A stretch of 64,000 bases of DNA, taken from NCBI GenBank assembly GCA_963740085.1, contig CAVUCU010000007.1, forward strand, positions 192,001-256,000, written 5' to 3'. Within the stretch, counting starts at the first letter, position 1. Each line of letters opens with the position of its first letter. The DNA comes from Nitrospirota bacterium. GTDB taxonomy: Bacteria; Nitrospirota; UBA9217. This document shows positions 51,555 to 61,832 of this stretch, in pieces. The position numbers and the translations under genes are program-made. The notes below the pieces were generated by a model. That model made no database searches and had not been told where the DNA came from. It worked only from the letters and a program-made list of their open reading frames with translations.

Positions 51555-52751
51555 CTATGTGCAGCTCACCGATGATGCCAGATATCTCTGTTTGTGTGAC
51601 AACATGGCAAAAAGCATTCGAGTAAGTTTATGCATTGTTGCCATGACTGCTTTCTTATAAGGCAATCCAGCTTGTTTCTTTTTCTGGTAATACGCTCGGA
51701 ATTTATCGTTATTGAGGATCACATTTACCGTCATGAGCCAAAGAACACGTCGAAGGTGCCTATTTCCTCTCTTTGAGATTCTGCTCTTTCCCTCGTACTT
51801 GCCGGATTGATACACTGTTGGATCAATCCCTGCGTAGGCAATCAAATGTTTGTGCGTCTCGTAGCTCTCGATTCGTCCTAGCTCAGCCAAAAAAGTGGTA
51901 CCGGTTCCGTTACCGATGCCTACCACGGATGTTACAATCTCCAGGTCTTCGACCATCAGAGAGTTGCAGTAGTCCGTGAGCATGACCGTCAACTCATCTC
52001 GACGATCCTCCAGATGGATTAGTGTCGAGATTTTCCCCCGGAGGATAGTCTCTTTGGCTGGACTGACCGTCCCAACCGAGTTCTTGGCCAGTTTGATGAT
52101 ATCCTCCGCCGTAAAGGTTGATATTCTGCTCCCTGAACCTCGTGGCTCCATAGCTTTAGCTATTGCCCGGGGTTTGGCAAGCACAATCAAACGAGCCGAG
52201 GGAAACTTCTTCAGAAATTCAAGCATGATGCCCGAATAGACGCCGCAGAGCCGCTCAAGCTCAGGAAAGGTCGTCTGCAAGACCCGCTTGATCTCGGTCT
52301 TGGTCGCGGAAATCAAATGGCTCAGCGACTCTCTCTCCCGGGCGAGATCTCGCATATCCTGCATATCCTGGCTGACGGACATCTGAGAAATCTTATCCGT
52401 GTGAGCCAGCAGGAACTGGGCGATCGTCAGTGCGTCTTTCTTATCGGTCTTGGTCTTCCGGAGCGTAAGTTTGGCAAAGTTCGAAATCAACAGCGGGTTA
52501 ATGACTACGGCTCGGATGCCCTGAGACGTGAGATAAGAGAATAGATTGATGTGATAGCAGCCCGTGGACTCCATGCCGACGATGACCGTAGAAACATATG
52601 GTTGCTGTGCCATTATCATCTTCAGCAACTTCGAGAACCCATCACTGTCCATGGTACAATCTTGGGCGAAACAGCGTGTCCCTTTGCCGTCAAGGCCAGC
52701 GGCAGAAAAGGACTCTTTGGAAACATCGACGCCAACGGTCAAACTTTCCAT
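51555..52751 (-). CDS. IS110 family DEDD recombinase/transposase
   Basis: VGVDVSK, MESTGCY, KTKTDKKDA, GIG...AGIDP..YQSGK, SKRGNRHLR. Confidence 0.95.
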   Translation of the reverse strand: MESLTVGVDVSKESFSAAGLDGKGTRCFAQDCTMDSDGFSKLLKMIMAQQPYVSTVIVGMESTGCYHINLFSYLTSQGIRAVVINPLLISNFAKLTLRKTKTDKKDALTIAQFLLAHTDKISQMSVSQDMQDMRDLARERESLSHLISATKTEIKRVLQTTFPELERLCGVYSGIMLEFLKKFPSARLIVLAKPRAIAKAMEPRGSGSRISTFTAEDIIKLAKNSVGTVSPAKETILRGKISTLIHLEDRRDELTVMLTDYCNSLMVEDLEIVTSVVGIGNGTGTTFLAELGRIESYETHKHLIAYAGIDPTVYQSGKYEGKSRISKRGNRHLRRVLWLMTVNVILNNDKFRAYYQKKKQAGLPYKKAVMATMHKLTRMLFAMLSHKQRYLASSVSCT

Positions 52752-52790
52752 TGATCCCTCCTCCATGCAAGATTTAGACAGGCAGGAAAC

Positions 52791-52918
52791 GCCTCCCGAC
52801 CAATCCTCCATCGTTACCAGGGCTCTTTGGCCCAATCAACCTATCATGGCTATGGGAGGCAGGGAACAAACTGTACTGAGGGTTCAAGGACCGAGGAAGT
52901 AAACTAAGTTCTCCTGCC
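52791..52918 (+). ncRNA. Putative IS110 bridge RNA (two stem-loops with large internal loops)
   Basis: GCCTCCC..GGGCT/GGCCC..GGGAGGC and GCAGGGAAC..GGTT/GACC..GTTCTCCTGC; loop 2 matches both element ends. Confidence 0.7.
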
Positions 52919-53080
52919 CTTCTATGACATCTATATAGCACAACTAATCGTAGGAGGAAGTACTTTTTCACCAGTCTTGCGCCGGTACAAATTGACAAGT
53001 GACCGCTACCGGCATGAAACCCTTTGGAAACAACTCGGGCGCGGAACAACATCGTTCCGAGCCCGTATTCATTCAGAGTA

Positions 53081-53887
53081 TTATTTTTTTAAGACCTCTG
53101 CAAAGAAGCTGGTCATGTCCTCCCATGACCTCTTGTCAGCGTCGGCATTATACGCCAAAGGAAGGCCGAACTTCTTGCCCAGTTCGTCCGCTTCCGGGTT
53201 CGTGAAGCTGTGGACCGCGCCCGGATAGTTGATAAACTGAAAATCGACCTTGGCATCTCGCATTTCCTGCATGAACGCATCGATCGTCTGCTGCGACGTA
53301 AACTTGTCGTCCTCGCCGTTATATACCCGGATCTTTGCCTTGACCTTTCCCGCCTGGGCGGGTTTAACCGCGACAAGACTGCCGTGGAAGCTTGCCACGG
53401 CCTTGAGGTCTTCGCCCTGCCGCGCCATGTTCAGCACCACACCGCCGCCGAAGCAATAGCCGATTGCCGCGATCCGTTCCGGGTCCACGGTCTTCTGCTT
53501 TTTAAGAAAATTCATGGCCGCCTCGAACCGCTTCTTGGCAACGGGGAAGTTCTTCATGGTCTCGGACGAGAACTTGGCCGCGTCATCGGGATGCGTTGCG
53601 GTCTTCCCTTCGCCATACATGTCCACTGCCAGCGCCGTGTATCCCAGTTCTGCCAGCATCCGCGCGCGTTTTCGGACATACTCGTTCAGTCCCCACCACT
53701 CGTGTACGACGAGAACACCCGGCCGCTTGCCTTTGATGTTCTCATCATAGGCAAGGTAACCCTTCATGGTCACTCCGCCCGCCTTATAGTCAACGGGTTC
53801 ACCCTTGATCTTTGGAGCAGCGAAAACCGCACCGGCAACGATCAATACCATTACAGCGGCAGACAGCCCAACATTGATTTTTTTCAT
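53081..53887 (-). CDS. Dienelactone hydrolase family protein (exported)
   Basis: HEWWG, GYCFGG nucleophile, HSFTNP. Confidence 0.9.
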   Translation of the reverse strand: MKKINVGLSAAVMVLIVAGAVFAAPKIKGEPVDYKAGGVTMKGYLAYDENIKGKRPGVLVVHEWWGLNEYVRKRARMLAELGYTALAVDMYGEGKTATHPDDAAKFSSETMKNFPVAKKRFEAAMNFLKKQKTVDPERIAAIGYCFGGGVVLNMARQGEDLKAVASFHGSLVAVKPAQAGKVKAKIRVYNGEDDKFTSQQTIDAFMQEMRDAKVDFQFINYPGAVHSFTNPEADELGKKFGLPLAYNADADKRSWEDMTSFFAEVLKK

Positions 53888-54073
53888 AACAGCCTCCCTC
53901 GTTCAATAAAAAAGATCATGCACTACCCTGTCGGATATCAGCGCCTGAATCCGGCTGAATATCGGTGCATGCAGTAAAAACGCTATCCAAGTGACCCTTG
54001 ATGAGGATGAGAGAGAATTGAGTTGCTGATAAGCTCTAGTGTAGCAGAAAATAATGGCTCTTTGGCAGGGGGA

Positions 54074-54541
54074 CTACCGATTTCTTTCCTTCACCACCCG
54101 TTCCACTTCCCGTTTCGACTCCTTCGCCTTGATCGCCTCACGCTTGTCATAGGTCTTCTTGCCCTTGGCAAGACCGATCAGCACCTTGGCCCTGCCGCGC
54201 ACGAAATAGATCTTGAGCGGGATGAGCGTGAACCCCTTTTGCGACACCTTCCAGGTGATCTTCCGGATCTCTTCTTTATGCAGCAGGAGCTTGCGCGTCC
54301 GGAGCGGCTCATGGTTCATGATATTGCCGTGTGTATAGGGGCTGATGCTCGCATTCAGAAGGTACATCTCTTCATTCTTGACGATGGCGTAGCTGTCCGT
54401 CAGGTTCGCGAGCCCGAGGCGCAGGGACTTGACCTCGGTGCCCTGAAGTGAGATGCCTGCCTCGACGGTCTCTTCAACGAAGTAGTCGTGGTACGCCTTG
54501 CGGTTCGTAGCGACCGCGGTGTCCTGTTTTTTTTCTGTCAT
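54074..54541 (-). CDS. smpB: SsrA-binding protein
   Basis: NRKAYHDY, GTEVKSLR, RKLLLHK, KGKK.YDKR. Confidence 0.97.
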   Translation of the reverse strand: MTEKKQDTAVATNRKAYHDYFVEETVEAGISLQGTEVKSLRLGLANLTDSYAIVKNEEMYLLNASISPYTHGNIMNHEPLRTRKLLLHKEEIRKITWKVSQKGFTLIPLKIYFVRGRAKVLIGLAKGKKTYDKREAIKAKESKREVERVVKERNR

Positions 54542-54560
54542 AAATGATCAGGGATACATG

Positions 54561-54860
54561 TTACATTTCGGATCTGCTGACAAGCCTGTATGTCTCCTCG
54601 TAGATGCGTTCACGGGGACCGACTGCGATAATTTCAATGCGCTTTTCCTTCATGAGACGATAGATGATCCTGAACCGGCTGACACGATAGCTTCTCAATC
54701 CGTACAGTTCCTCGGTCAGGGCCTTTCCTGCGTACGGGTCAGCCGCGATCACGTGAAAAGCGGTTTTTAGTTTCCTTTTGATGTCCGGATGGAGATTGCG
54801 GAGGACCGAGGCGGCATGATCGGCTACCAGCATTCTATAGAGTTGCCGCTTTCTATTCAT
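54561..54860 (-). CDS. RelE/ParE family toxin
   Basis: DPYAGKAL, SYRVSRFRIIY, VGPRERIY. Confidence 0.85.
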   Translation of the reverse strand: MNRKRQLYRMLVADHAASVLRNLHPDIKRKLKTAFHVIAADPYAGKALTEELYGLRSYRVSRFRIIYRLMKEKRIEIIAVGPRERIYEETYRLVSRSEM

Positions 54861-54862
54861 GC

Positions 54863-55123
54863 TCAGTCGAAGAGTTCTTCAAGCGTGTAGAGTCTCGCTT
54901 TCCTTTGTTTGAGGTCCTTCAGGCCTTCTTTGATTTCACGCATCAGGGCTGCATCAGAACGCACGGCGATGGTCTCCTTAAGGCTCTCGAACTCTTCGGG
55001 GCTCACCAGAACCGCGGCCGGCGCTCCATTCTTCGTAATAAGCACTTCCTCGTCCGTGGCCTGGACTGCGTCGATGAGACTGCTCAGTTTCATCTTCGCT
55101 TCGGAAAGCGACAGCGTCTTCAT
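54863..55123 (-). CDS. Phd/YefM family antitoxin
   Basis: SLSEAKMKLSSLI, ITKNGAPAAVLVS, ESLKET. Confidence 0.9.
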   Translation of the reverse strand: MKTLSLSEAKMKLSSLIDAVQATDEEVLITKNGAPAAVLVSPEEFESLKETIAVRSDAALMREIKEGLKDLKQRKARLYTLEELFD

Positions 55124-55145
55124 TCGTGATGACCTCCATTCAGGT

Positions 55146-55192
55146 TGACCAGAATTATGACCAATACTACCACCTGTCGCCCTTAGTGTCAA
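55146..55192 (-). promoter_or_regulatory. TA operon promoter and putative operator
   Basis: TTGACA-17 bp-TAGTAT followed by direct repeat TGGTCA-N6-TGGTCA. Confidence 0.65.
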
Positions 55193-55236
55193 GCCGGCGA
55201 AAGAGCTGTCCTCCTGACTCCTGAAGTTTTTAACTA

Positions 55237-57411
55237 TCACATCAGGTTCACCGGGTCCACGTCCACGATAACCCTGCATTTCCTGCCGTACTTCTCCTCC
55301 ACTGCGTTCCGTCCCTCGATCGCAAGGGATCGGATCTTGTCCCGCTGCTGCGACAGGAGCAGCAGATGGAACCGGTATTGGCCGCGCACCCGCGAGATCG
55401 GCGCCGGAGCGGGGCCCAGGAGCACCGTGTCCTTGACGCGCATGAGGCTGCGGATGCGGTCCTGCGCCGTCTTGGCCGCTTCCCCGGCAAGCGCTTCCTG
55501 CGCGCTCTTGATCTCGATTTTGATGATCCTTCCGACAGGCGGATACCCGAGCTGCGTGCGGTACGTGATCTCCTCGTTGTAGAACCCTTCGTAATCATGC
55601 GTCATGCTGTGCCGGACCGAGTAATGGTGCGGGTTCATGGTCTGGATGATCACCTCCCCTCCCAGTTCGCCCCTTCCTGCCCTGCCTGCGGCCTGGGTGA
55701 TCAGTTGAAAGGTCTTTTCGGCTGCGCGAAAGTCAGGCAGGTTCAGCCCCACGTCGGCATCCACCACGCCCACGAGCGTCACTGAGGGAAAATCGTGCCC
55801 CTTGGCGATCATCTGCGTGCCCAGCAGGATGTCGACCTCGCGGCGATCCACCTTGCGGAGCAGCGTTTCATAGGCCTGTCTGCCCTTGACCGAGTCGCTG
55901 TCCATGCGCAGGATACGCGCTGATGGGAAAAGCGCCTGCAATTCCTCTTCGATCCTCTGCGTGCCCGAGCCGAGCAGTTTCATCGCAAGGCCCGAACACG
56001 CCGGGCACTTGTCCGGAGGCCGGGTGAGGAAACCGCAATAGTGGCATTTCAGCGTCTTCTCCGATTTATGGAACGTGAGGGACACGCTGCAGCTGGGGCA
56101 TTTGACGGCTACGCCGCAGTCACCGCAGATCAGAACGGAAGAAAAACCACGGCGGTTCAACAGCAGGAGAGACTGTTCGTTCCGGGCGAGCCGCTGCGTG
56201 ATATGCTCGATGAGCAGGGGAGAATAGAGCGAAGACCTGGGGAGGGTCTTTACGTCAATGACGGCAACCTCGGGCATGGGGCGGTGGTCCACGCGGTCGG
56301 CAAGGCGAAGATACTGATATTTGCCTGATCGCGCATTGTAATAGCTTTCGAGAGACGGCGTCGCGGAACCAAGGACGGCGACCGCGCCCAGGAGCTTTGC
56401 GCGCATGATCGCGACGTCCCGCGCGCTGTACCGAAGGCCTTCGTCCTGTTTGTACGAGTTCTCATGCTCTTCATCTACAATGATGAGGCCTATGTTCACG
56501 AAAGGCGCGAACACTGCCGAGCGGGCGCCGATGGCCACGTCCACCTGTCCGGCCTGGATGCGGCGGTATTCGTCGGACCGCTCGCGGTCGGTCAACCCGC
56601 TGTGCAGCACCGCCACCCGGCCGCCGAAACGTCCCTTGAATCGGGCAAGCAACTGGGGCGTGAGCGCGATCTCGGGCACCAGCACAATGGCCCCTTTTCC
56701 CGTATTCGCGAGACCGCTGATGGCGTGAAGATAGACCTCGGTCTTGCCGCTTCCGGTCACGCCGTGAAGGAGAAATACGCCGAACGTTTTGCATGCGACC
56801 GTCTCGTTGATGCGGCGCACGGCCTCGGACTGCGCAGGCATAAGCCCGGGCGGTACACTCGGACTGAACTCCCCGGCATCCGGTCTCTCATCCGCTTCCT
56901 TCTCGATGATGGTCGCCATCTTTGCGTCGCACAGGGACCTGATGGTAGCGGGGGCAAAACTCTCAAGCTCATCCATGCCTATGACCTGACGATCGCACAG
57001 GAGCAGCAGAAGCTCGCTCTGTTTCGGCCCGCGGATGGCCCCCATATCGTGGTCCCCATCGGCGATCTGCAGAAACCGTCTCTTTTTTGGTTTTGTTCGC
57101 GACAGGGACTTCGGCACGAGCGCGTCAATGGTCTGGCCTAAAGGATGCAGGTAATAATCGGATATCCAGCGGGCAAGAGCGAGGAGCCCCGGCGGAAGCG
57201 GGTTGTCGAGCACGTCGGTCACCGGCTTGAGACCCGCGACCTCGGACGTGCCGGGAAAACCGACGACCGTCCCCTCAATGCTCCTGCTCCCGAAAGGCAC
57301 GCGCACACGCGAGCCCGGAACAAGACGGTCCCTCATCTCCTCCGGCACGCGGTAGTGGAATGTTTTATGAACAGCGATATTGACGGCTATATCAGCGACT
57401 AGATCGGGCAT
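55237..57411 (-). CDS. priA: Primosomal protein N'
   Basis: GVTGSGKTE, VDEEHE, Cys-rich region, GTQMIAKG, AGRAGR. Confidence 0.97.
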   Translation of the reverse strand: MPDLVADIAVNIAVHKTFHYRVPEEMRDRLVPGSRVRVPFGSRSIEGTVVGFPGTSEVAGLKPVTDVLDNPLPPGLLALARWISDYYLHPLGQTIDALVPKSLSRTKPKKRRFLQIADGDHDMGAIRGPKQSELLLLLCDRQVIGMDELESFAPATIRSLCDAKMATIIEKEADERPDAGEFSPSVPPGLMPAQSEAVRRINETVACKTFGVFLLHGVTGSGKTEVYLHAISGLANTGKGAIVLVPEIALTPQLLARFKGRFGGRVAVLHSGLTDRERSDEYRRIQAGQVDVAIGARSAVFAPFVNIGLIIVDEEHENSYKQDEGLRYSARDVAIMRAKLLGAVAVLGSATPSLESYYNARSGKYQYLRLADRVDHRPMPEVAVIDVKTLPRSSLYSPLLIEHITQRLARNEQSLLLLNRRGFSSVLICGDCGVAVKCPSCSVSLTFHKSEKTLKCHYCGFLTRPPDKCPACSGLAMKLLGSGTQRIEEELQALFPSARILRMDSDSVKGRQAYETLLRKVDRREVDILLGTQMIAKGHDFPSVTLVGVVDADVGLNLPDFRAAEKTFQLITQAAGRAGRGELGGEVIIQTMNPHHYSVRHSMTHDYEGFYNEEITYRTQLGYPPVGRIIKIEIKSAQEALAGEAAKTAQDRIRSLMRVKDTVLLGPAPAPISRVRGQYRFHLLLLSQQRDKIRSLAIEGRNAVEEKYGRKCRVIVDVDPVNLM

Positions 57412-57579
57412 GGGAATTTCAGATTTCGGATTGTGGATTTCGGATTGGAAGGCGTTGTCCCGTGAAGATATTTCTCAAAACAGGACTCGCATGTTATTTC
57501 TTATGTACAAACCATTGAAGGAGAGTGGACTCTGATCGAAGCTTTTCAATCCGCGATCCGAAATCAGCAATCCACCATT

Positions 57580-58062
57580 TCAGGCGCCGTCCTTCAGCGT
57601 CTTGATCTCCTTGGCGCTCAGGATGTCCTTGAGTTCGATCATGAACTCGTTGATGTCCTTGAAGGAACGGTAGACCGAGGCAAAACGCACATACGCCACT
57701 TCATCCAGGCGATGGAGGTGGTTCATCACTTCTTCGCCGATGACCGTGCTCGGGATCTCCTTGAGGCCCTTCTCCTGAAGAGACCTCTCGATGTCCGACA
57801 CGGTTGTTTCGATGGACTCGACGCCTATCGGCCGCTTTTCACAGGCCTTCTTGAGCCCGTTCAGGATCTTCAGCCGGTCGAAAGGCTCGCGCCGCCCGTC
57901 CTTCTTGATCACAAGCGGCAGCACGTCCTCGACGCGCTCGTAGGTGGTGAACCTGCCTTCGCACGAGAGGCACTCGCGCCGCCTGCGGATGGATTCGCCT
58001 TCCTTCCCCATCCGGGAGTCGACGACCTTGTTTTCAACGCTGGAACAGTAGGGACAACGCAT
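57580..58062 (-). CDS. nrdR: Transcriptional repressor NrdR
   Basis: MRCPYC, IRRRREC, ATP cone, AYVRFASVY. Confidence 0.97.
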   Translation of the reverse strand: MRCPYCSSVENKVVDSRMGKEGESIRRRRECLSCEGRFTTYERVEDVLPLVIKKDGRREPFDRLKILNGLKKACEKRPIGVESIETTVSDIERSLQEKGLKEIPSTVIGEEVMNHLHRLDEVAYVRFASVYRSFKDINEFMIELKDILSAKEIKTLKDGA

Positions 58063-58149
58063 AGGGACCCTTTAGAAATATCGATGGATGATGGATGAAC
58101 GCTCGCTTCGCTCGCTAGGGTGACGGACGTATTTTCTTCTCGTCCCTCG

Positions 58150-58602
58150 TCACTCGTCCTTCTTGTACTGTGTTATTTTAAGCCCCGACTCTTTCAGCAT
58201 CGCTTCGGCGAGTTTGTCCGGATACCCGTCCTCGAAGATGATGTGCTTGACGCCCGAATTAATGATCATCTTGGCGCAGATGCCGCAAGGCTGGTTCGTA
58301 CAGTAGAGCGTAGCGCCGTCGATGTTCGTCCCGTGCCTGGCGGCCTGTATGATCGCGTTCTGCTCCGCATGCAGACCGCGGCAGATCTCGTGCCGCTCGC
58401 CCGAGGGAATGCCCATCTGCTCGCGCAGGCACCCGCGATCGAGACAATGCTCGATCCCTGACGGGGCGCCGTTGTAGCCCGTCGCGAGGATGTTCTTGTC
58501 CTTCACGAGGACGGCCCCGACCTGGCGGCGGAGACAGGTGGCCCGCTTCTTCACCAGGTGTGCGATCTCCATGAAATATTCGTCCCACGTAGGTCTTGTC
58601 AT
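58150..58602 (-). CDS. dCMP deaminase (ComEB-like)
   Basis: [24 protein letters not shown]. Confidence 0.92.
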   Translation of the reverse strand: MTRPTWDEYFMEIAHLVKKRATCLRRQVGAVLVKDKNILATGYNGAPSGIEHCLDRGCLREQMGIPSGERHEICRGLHAEQNAIIQAARHGTNIDGATLYCTNQPCGICAKMIINSGVKHIIFEDGYPDKLAEAMLKESGLKITQYKKDE

Positions 58603-58728
58603 TGGTCAAATCCTAAGTTCGAAACCCCAAATCCTAAACAATCTCCAAAGGGCAAAAACAAAATAGTTAATACATCAGATTTCGAATTTGTTTAGACTCT
58701 AGATATTCGTGCGTCGAGTGTACGCACG

Positions 58729-59982
58729 TCATACGCGCGTTTTTTCCATCGCGAACAGGGGGAATCCCGCGCAGAAAGCCTTGGTCCGTTCCTTGATCGC
58801 GGCCAGCTTTTCCGGCGACTTGCCGTTGGCGAGGACTTCGCAGATGATATCGCCGACGATCTTCATCTCCGGTTCGCGCATGCCGCGCGTGGTCACGATC
58901 GGAGTGCCGAGCCGGATTCCGCTCGTGATCACCGGCGACTTCTGATCATAGGGGATGCTGTTCTTGTTCACCGTGATACCCGCGGCATCGAGCGCGGTCT
59001 CCGCGTCCTTGCCGGTAATGTCCTTCGGCGTCAGATCAACGAGCATCAGGTGGTTGTCAGTGCCGCCGGACACGATGCGAAATCCGTCCTCGGTCAGCCT
59101 GCGCGCCAGCGCCTGAGCGTTCTTCTTGACCTGCCGTTGATAATCCCTGAACTCCGGCTGGAGCGCTTCCCTGAAGGAAACGGCCTTGGCAGCTATCACA
59201 TGCACGAGCGGCCCTCCCTGGATGCCGGGGAAGATGGTCTTGTCCACGGCCTTGCCGAACTGTTCCTTGCACATGATCATTCCGCCGCGCGGACCTCTGA
59301 GCGTCTTGTGGGTCGTGGTCGTAACAAAATCCGCGTAGGGCGCCGGGTTCGGATGCTCTCCGACGGCGACAAGCCCTGCGATGTGGGCAATATCGGCCAT
59401 CAGGTAAGCGCCGACCCTGTCCGCGATCTTTCGAAACCGGGCGAAGTCGAGGACCCTCGAATAGGCGCTGAACCCGCACACGATCATCCTGGGCTGGTGC
59501 TCCACTGCAAGCCGCTCCACCTCATCATAGTCGATCAGCTCGGTCTTTTTGTCCACTCCGTAGGCAACGGATTTATAGAGCATTCCCGAGAAGCTCACGC
59601 TTGCCCCATGCGTCAAATGGCCGCCGTGGGCGAGCCCCATGCCGAGGATCGTGTCCCCTGGCTTGAGCACGCTGAAGTAGACCGCCATGTTCGCCGAGGA
59701 ACCCGAGTGAGGCTGGACGTTCACGTGCTCCGCGCCGAAGAGCCGCTTTGCCCGCTCGATGGCGAGTGTTTCAACCTTGTCGGCGAACTCACACCCGCCG
59801 TAATAGCGCCGGTTCGGATATCCCTCCGCGTATTTGTTCGTGAACACCGAGCCCTGTGTCTCAAGCACTGCCTGGCTCACATAGTTTTCCGATGCGATCA
59901 GGACGATCTTGGAGAGCTCGCGCTCCTCCTCGCCTTTGATCGCCTGGTAGACCTCGGGGTCCGTTTCATTCAGTTCTGACAT
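58729..59982 (-). CDS. glyA: Serine hydroxymethyltransferase
   Basis: [35 protein letters not shown]. Confidence 0.98.
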   Translation of the reverse strand: MSELNETDPEVYQAIKGEEERELSKIVLIASENYVSQAVLETQGSVFTNKYAEGYPNRRYYGGCEFADKVETLAIERAKRLFGAEHVNVQPHSGSSANMAVYFSVLKPGDTILGMGLAHGGHLTHGASVSFSGMLYKSVAYGVDKKTELIDYDEVERLAVEHQPRMIVCGFSAYSRVLDFARFRKIADRVGAYLMADIAHIAGLVAVGEHPNPAPYADFVTTTTHKTLRGPRGGMIMCKEQFGKAVDKTIFPGIQGGPLVHVIAAKAVSFREALQPEFRDYQRQVKKNAQALARRLTEDGFRIVSGGTDNHLMLVDLTPKDITGKDAETALDAAGITVNKNSIPYDQKSPVITSGIRLGTPIVTTRGMREPEMKIVGDIICEVLANGKSPEKLAAIKERTKAFCAGFPLFAMEKTRV

Positions 59983-60227
59983 GCCATCGTCCTTTTACCT
60001 TTTATCTACTCAAGTCAAAACATGTTCGCCACGAATGGCCTAAAAAATGAACCGGCCACTTAGAGAAACACGCAAGGAACTCAGAGGGCTTTCATTTAAG
60101 GATACCTGAATTCGGGCTTTTTCTTTGAGATCTTTGCCTGCGCCCGCCGTTTACGAGTGCTATGCGCGGGTGCAGGGCGTGTTCTTTTGCGGCCAACCCG
60201 GGTAGTGACCTTAATTGTATCTTTTTT

Positions 60228-60653
60228 CTATATCTTATTGAGCCGCAGCTGGTGCCTGCCGCCTTCGAACTCCGTTTCGAACCACGTCTTCACGATCTCG
60301 AGCGCGACACCCTTGCCGATGACGCGTTCGCCCATGACCAGGACATTTGCGTCATTGTGCAGGCGGCTCATCTGCGCCGTGAAGTGGTCATGACAAAGCG
60401 CCGCTCGCACCTTCGGATAACGGTTCGCCACGATCGACATGCCGATGCCCGTGCCGCAGATCAGGATGCCGCGATCGACCGCCTTGCTCGATACGGCCTC
60501 GGAGACCTTCTTCCCGTAGTCCGGATAGTCCACGGAATCCTTTGTCGCAGTGCCAAAATCCGAGACCTCGACGGTCTTGATCGTCTGGAGGAATTTAACG
60601 ACTTCTTGCTTCAGTTCAAAGCCGCCGTGGTCCGAGCCGATGGCAATTTTCAT
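60228..60653 (-). CDS. rpiB: Ribose-5-phosphate isomerase B
   Basis: GSDHGG, DYPD, CGTGIG, HNDAN, GGRH. Confidence 0.96.
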   Translation of the reverse strand: MKIAIGSDHGGFELKQEVVKFLQTIKTVEVSDFGTATKDSVDYPDYGKKVSEAVSSKAVDRGILICGTGIGMSIVANRYPKVRAALCHDHFTAQMSRLHNDANVLVMGERVIGKGVALEIVKTWFETEFEGGRHQLRLNKI

Positions 60654-60816
60654 AAAGACCCGCCCTTCTGGAGATGTTGATATTAACATCTCCGCTCTTT
60701 TTGTGTCAAGGGAAATACCGGAATACGGAAGAGCGGCTGCAAAGAAAAAATCTGCCCGTCAAACCGTTACGGGCCGCGGAATCCGGCGCTCATGCCAGGT
60801 TATCGCGTTGCATTCA

Positions 60817-61800
60817 TCATGGCTTGTCCTCATCCCGGGCTTTTTCCCGGAGATCGGCCGGACGTGCGCCCATGCTCTCCCGCACCCTGTTGTTCGACAG
60901 AGCCGGATCGTCAAGCGATTCCAGGTGCGTAAGCACCTCGACATCGCGCAGAGCGCTCCTGATATCGGATTCGATGTGCTCCGCGAGCTCATGCCCCCGA
61001 TGAACCGTCCATGAGCCGGGAACAAGTACATGGAGCGATACGAAACGGCTATGACCGGCCTGCCTCGTGCGAAGATCGTGACACTCTATGCCGTGCAGCC
61101 CGCTGAGCCGGTCGAGAATATCTCGCACGACCTTCATTTCTTCCGGGGGGAGCGAAGCGTCCATCAAGCCCGCTACTGAATCCCGTATGATGCGGGATCC
61201 CGACCAGACAATGTTGCCTGCAACGAGTAAAGCTACCACGGGGTCCAGCCGCTGCCATCCGGTCAGAACAACCCCGCCCACGCCGACCACCACGCCCACC
61301 GAGGTCCAGACATCGGTGAGCAAATGGTGGGCATTGGCCTTCAGCGTGATGGATTGGTGCCGCTTCGCGGCGCGGAGCAGGACCAGCGCCACACCCAGGT
61401 TCACCAGGGCCGCCGCGACGGATACTGCCAGCCCCAGCCCGACCTGTTCCAGCAGGCGGGGATGTAAAAGCCGCGGGATGGCGGTAAAAGCGATGCTGAT
61501 CGCCGCAAGGACGATCAAGGTGCCCTCAACGCCGCTTGAAAAGTATTCCGCTTTGCTGTGGCCGTAGGCATGATCGTCATCAGCCGGCCGGGCCGCGATT
61601 GTCAGCATCGCCAGCGCCATGATCGCGCCCACAAGATTCACCAGGGATTCGAGCGCGTCCGAAAGCAGCCCCACAGAACCGGTAATAAGATACGCCGCGG
61701 TCTTGAGCCCGATCGTCATGATTGCCGCGGCAATGGAGAGCCAGGCAAAACGGGTAAGCGAGGATCGGTTCATATTCGGTGCCTGTACGCGATTGTCCAT
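60817..61800 (-). CDS. Cation diffusion facilitator transporter (FieF-like)
   Basis: [21 protein letters not shown]-terminal metal-binding domain. Confidence 0.9.
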   Translation of the reverse strand: MDNRVQAPNMNRSSLTRFAWLSIAAAIMTIGLKTAAYLITGSVGLLSDALESLVNLVGAIMALAMLTIAARPADDDHAYGHSKAEYFSSGVEGTLIVLAAISIAFTAIPRLLHPRLLEQVGLGLAVSVAAALVNLGVALVLLRAAKRHQSITLKANAHHLLTDVWTSVGVVVGVGGVVLTGWQRLDPVVALLVAGNIVWSGSRIIRDSVAGLMDASLPPEEMKVVRDILDRLSGLHGIECHDLRTRQAGHSRFVSLHVLVPGSWTVHRGHELAEHIESDIRSALRDVEVLTHLESLDDPALSNNRVRESMGARPADLREKARDEDKP

Positions 61801-61832
61801 TGAAACAAAAAATCCCTTCCGGGCGGCGGAAA

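Larger units (their letters stand above)
51546..52963 (-). mobile_element. IS110-family insertion sequence bounded by a TAC core at both ends
   Basis: Recombinase plus ~210-bp non-coding end; TAC at 51546-51548 and 52961-52963, supported by guide-like matches in the non-coding end. Confidence 0.8.

Noticed and set aside
53890-54073. tmRNA (ssrA) or tRNA near smpB
   Set aside because: No tRNA-like ends or tag reading frame seen; I recognised no tRNA or rRNA gene in the window
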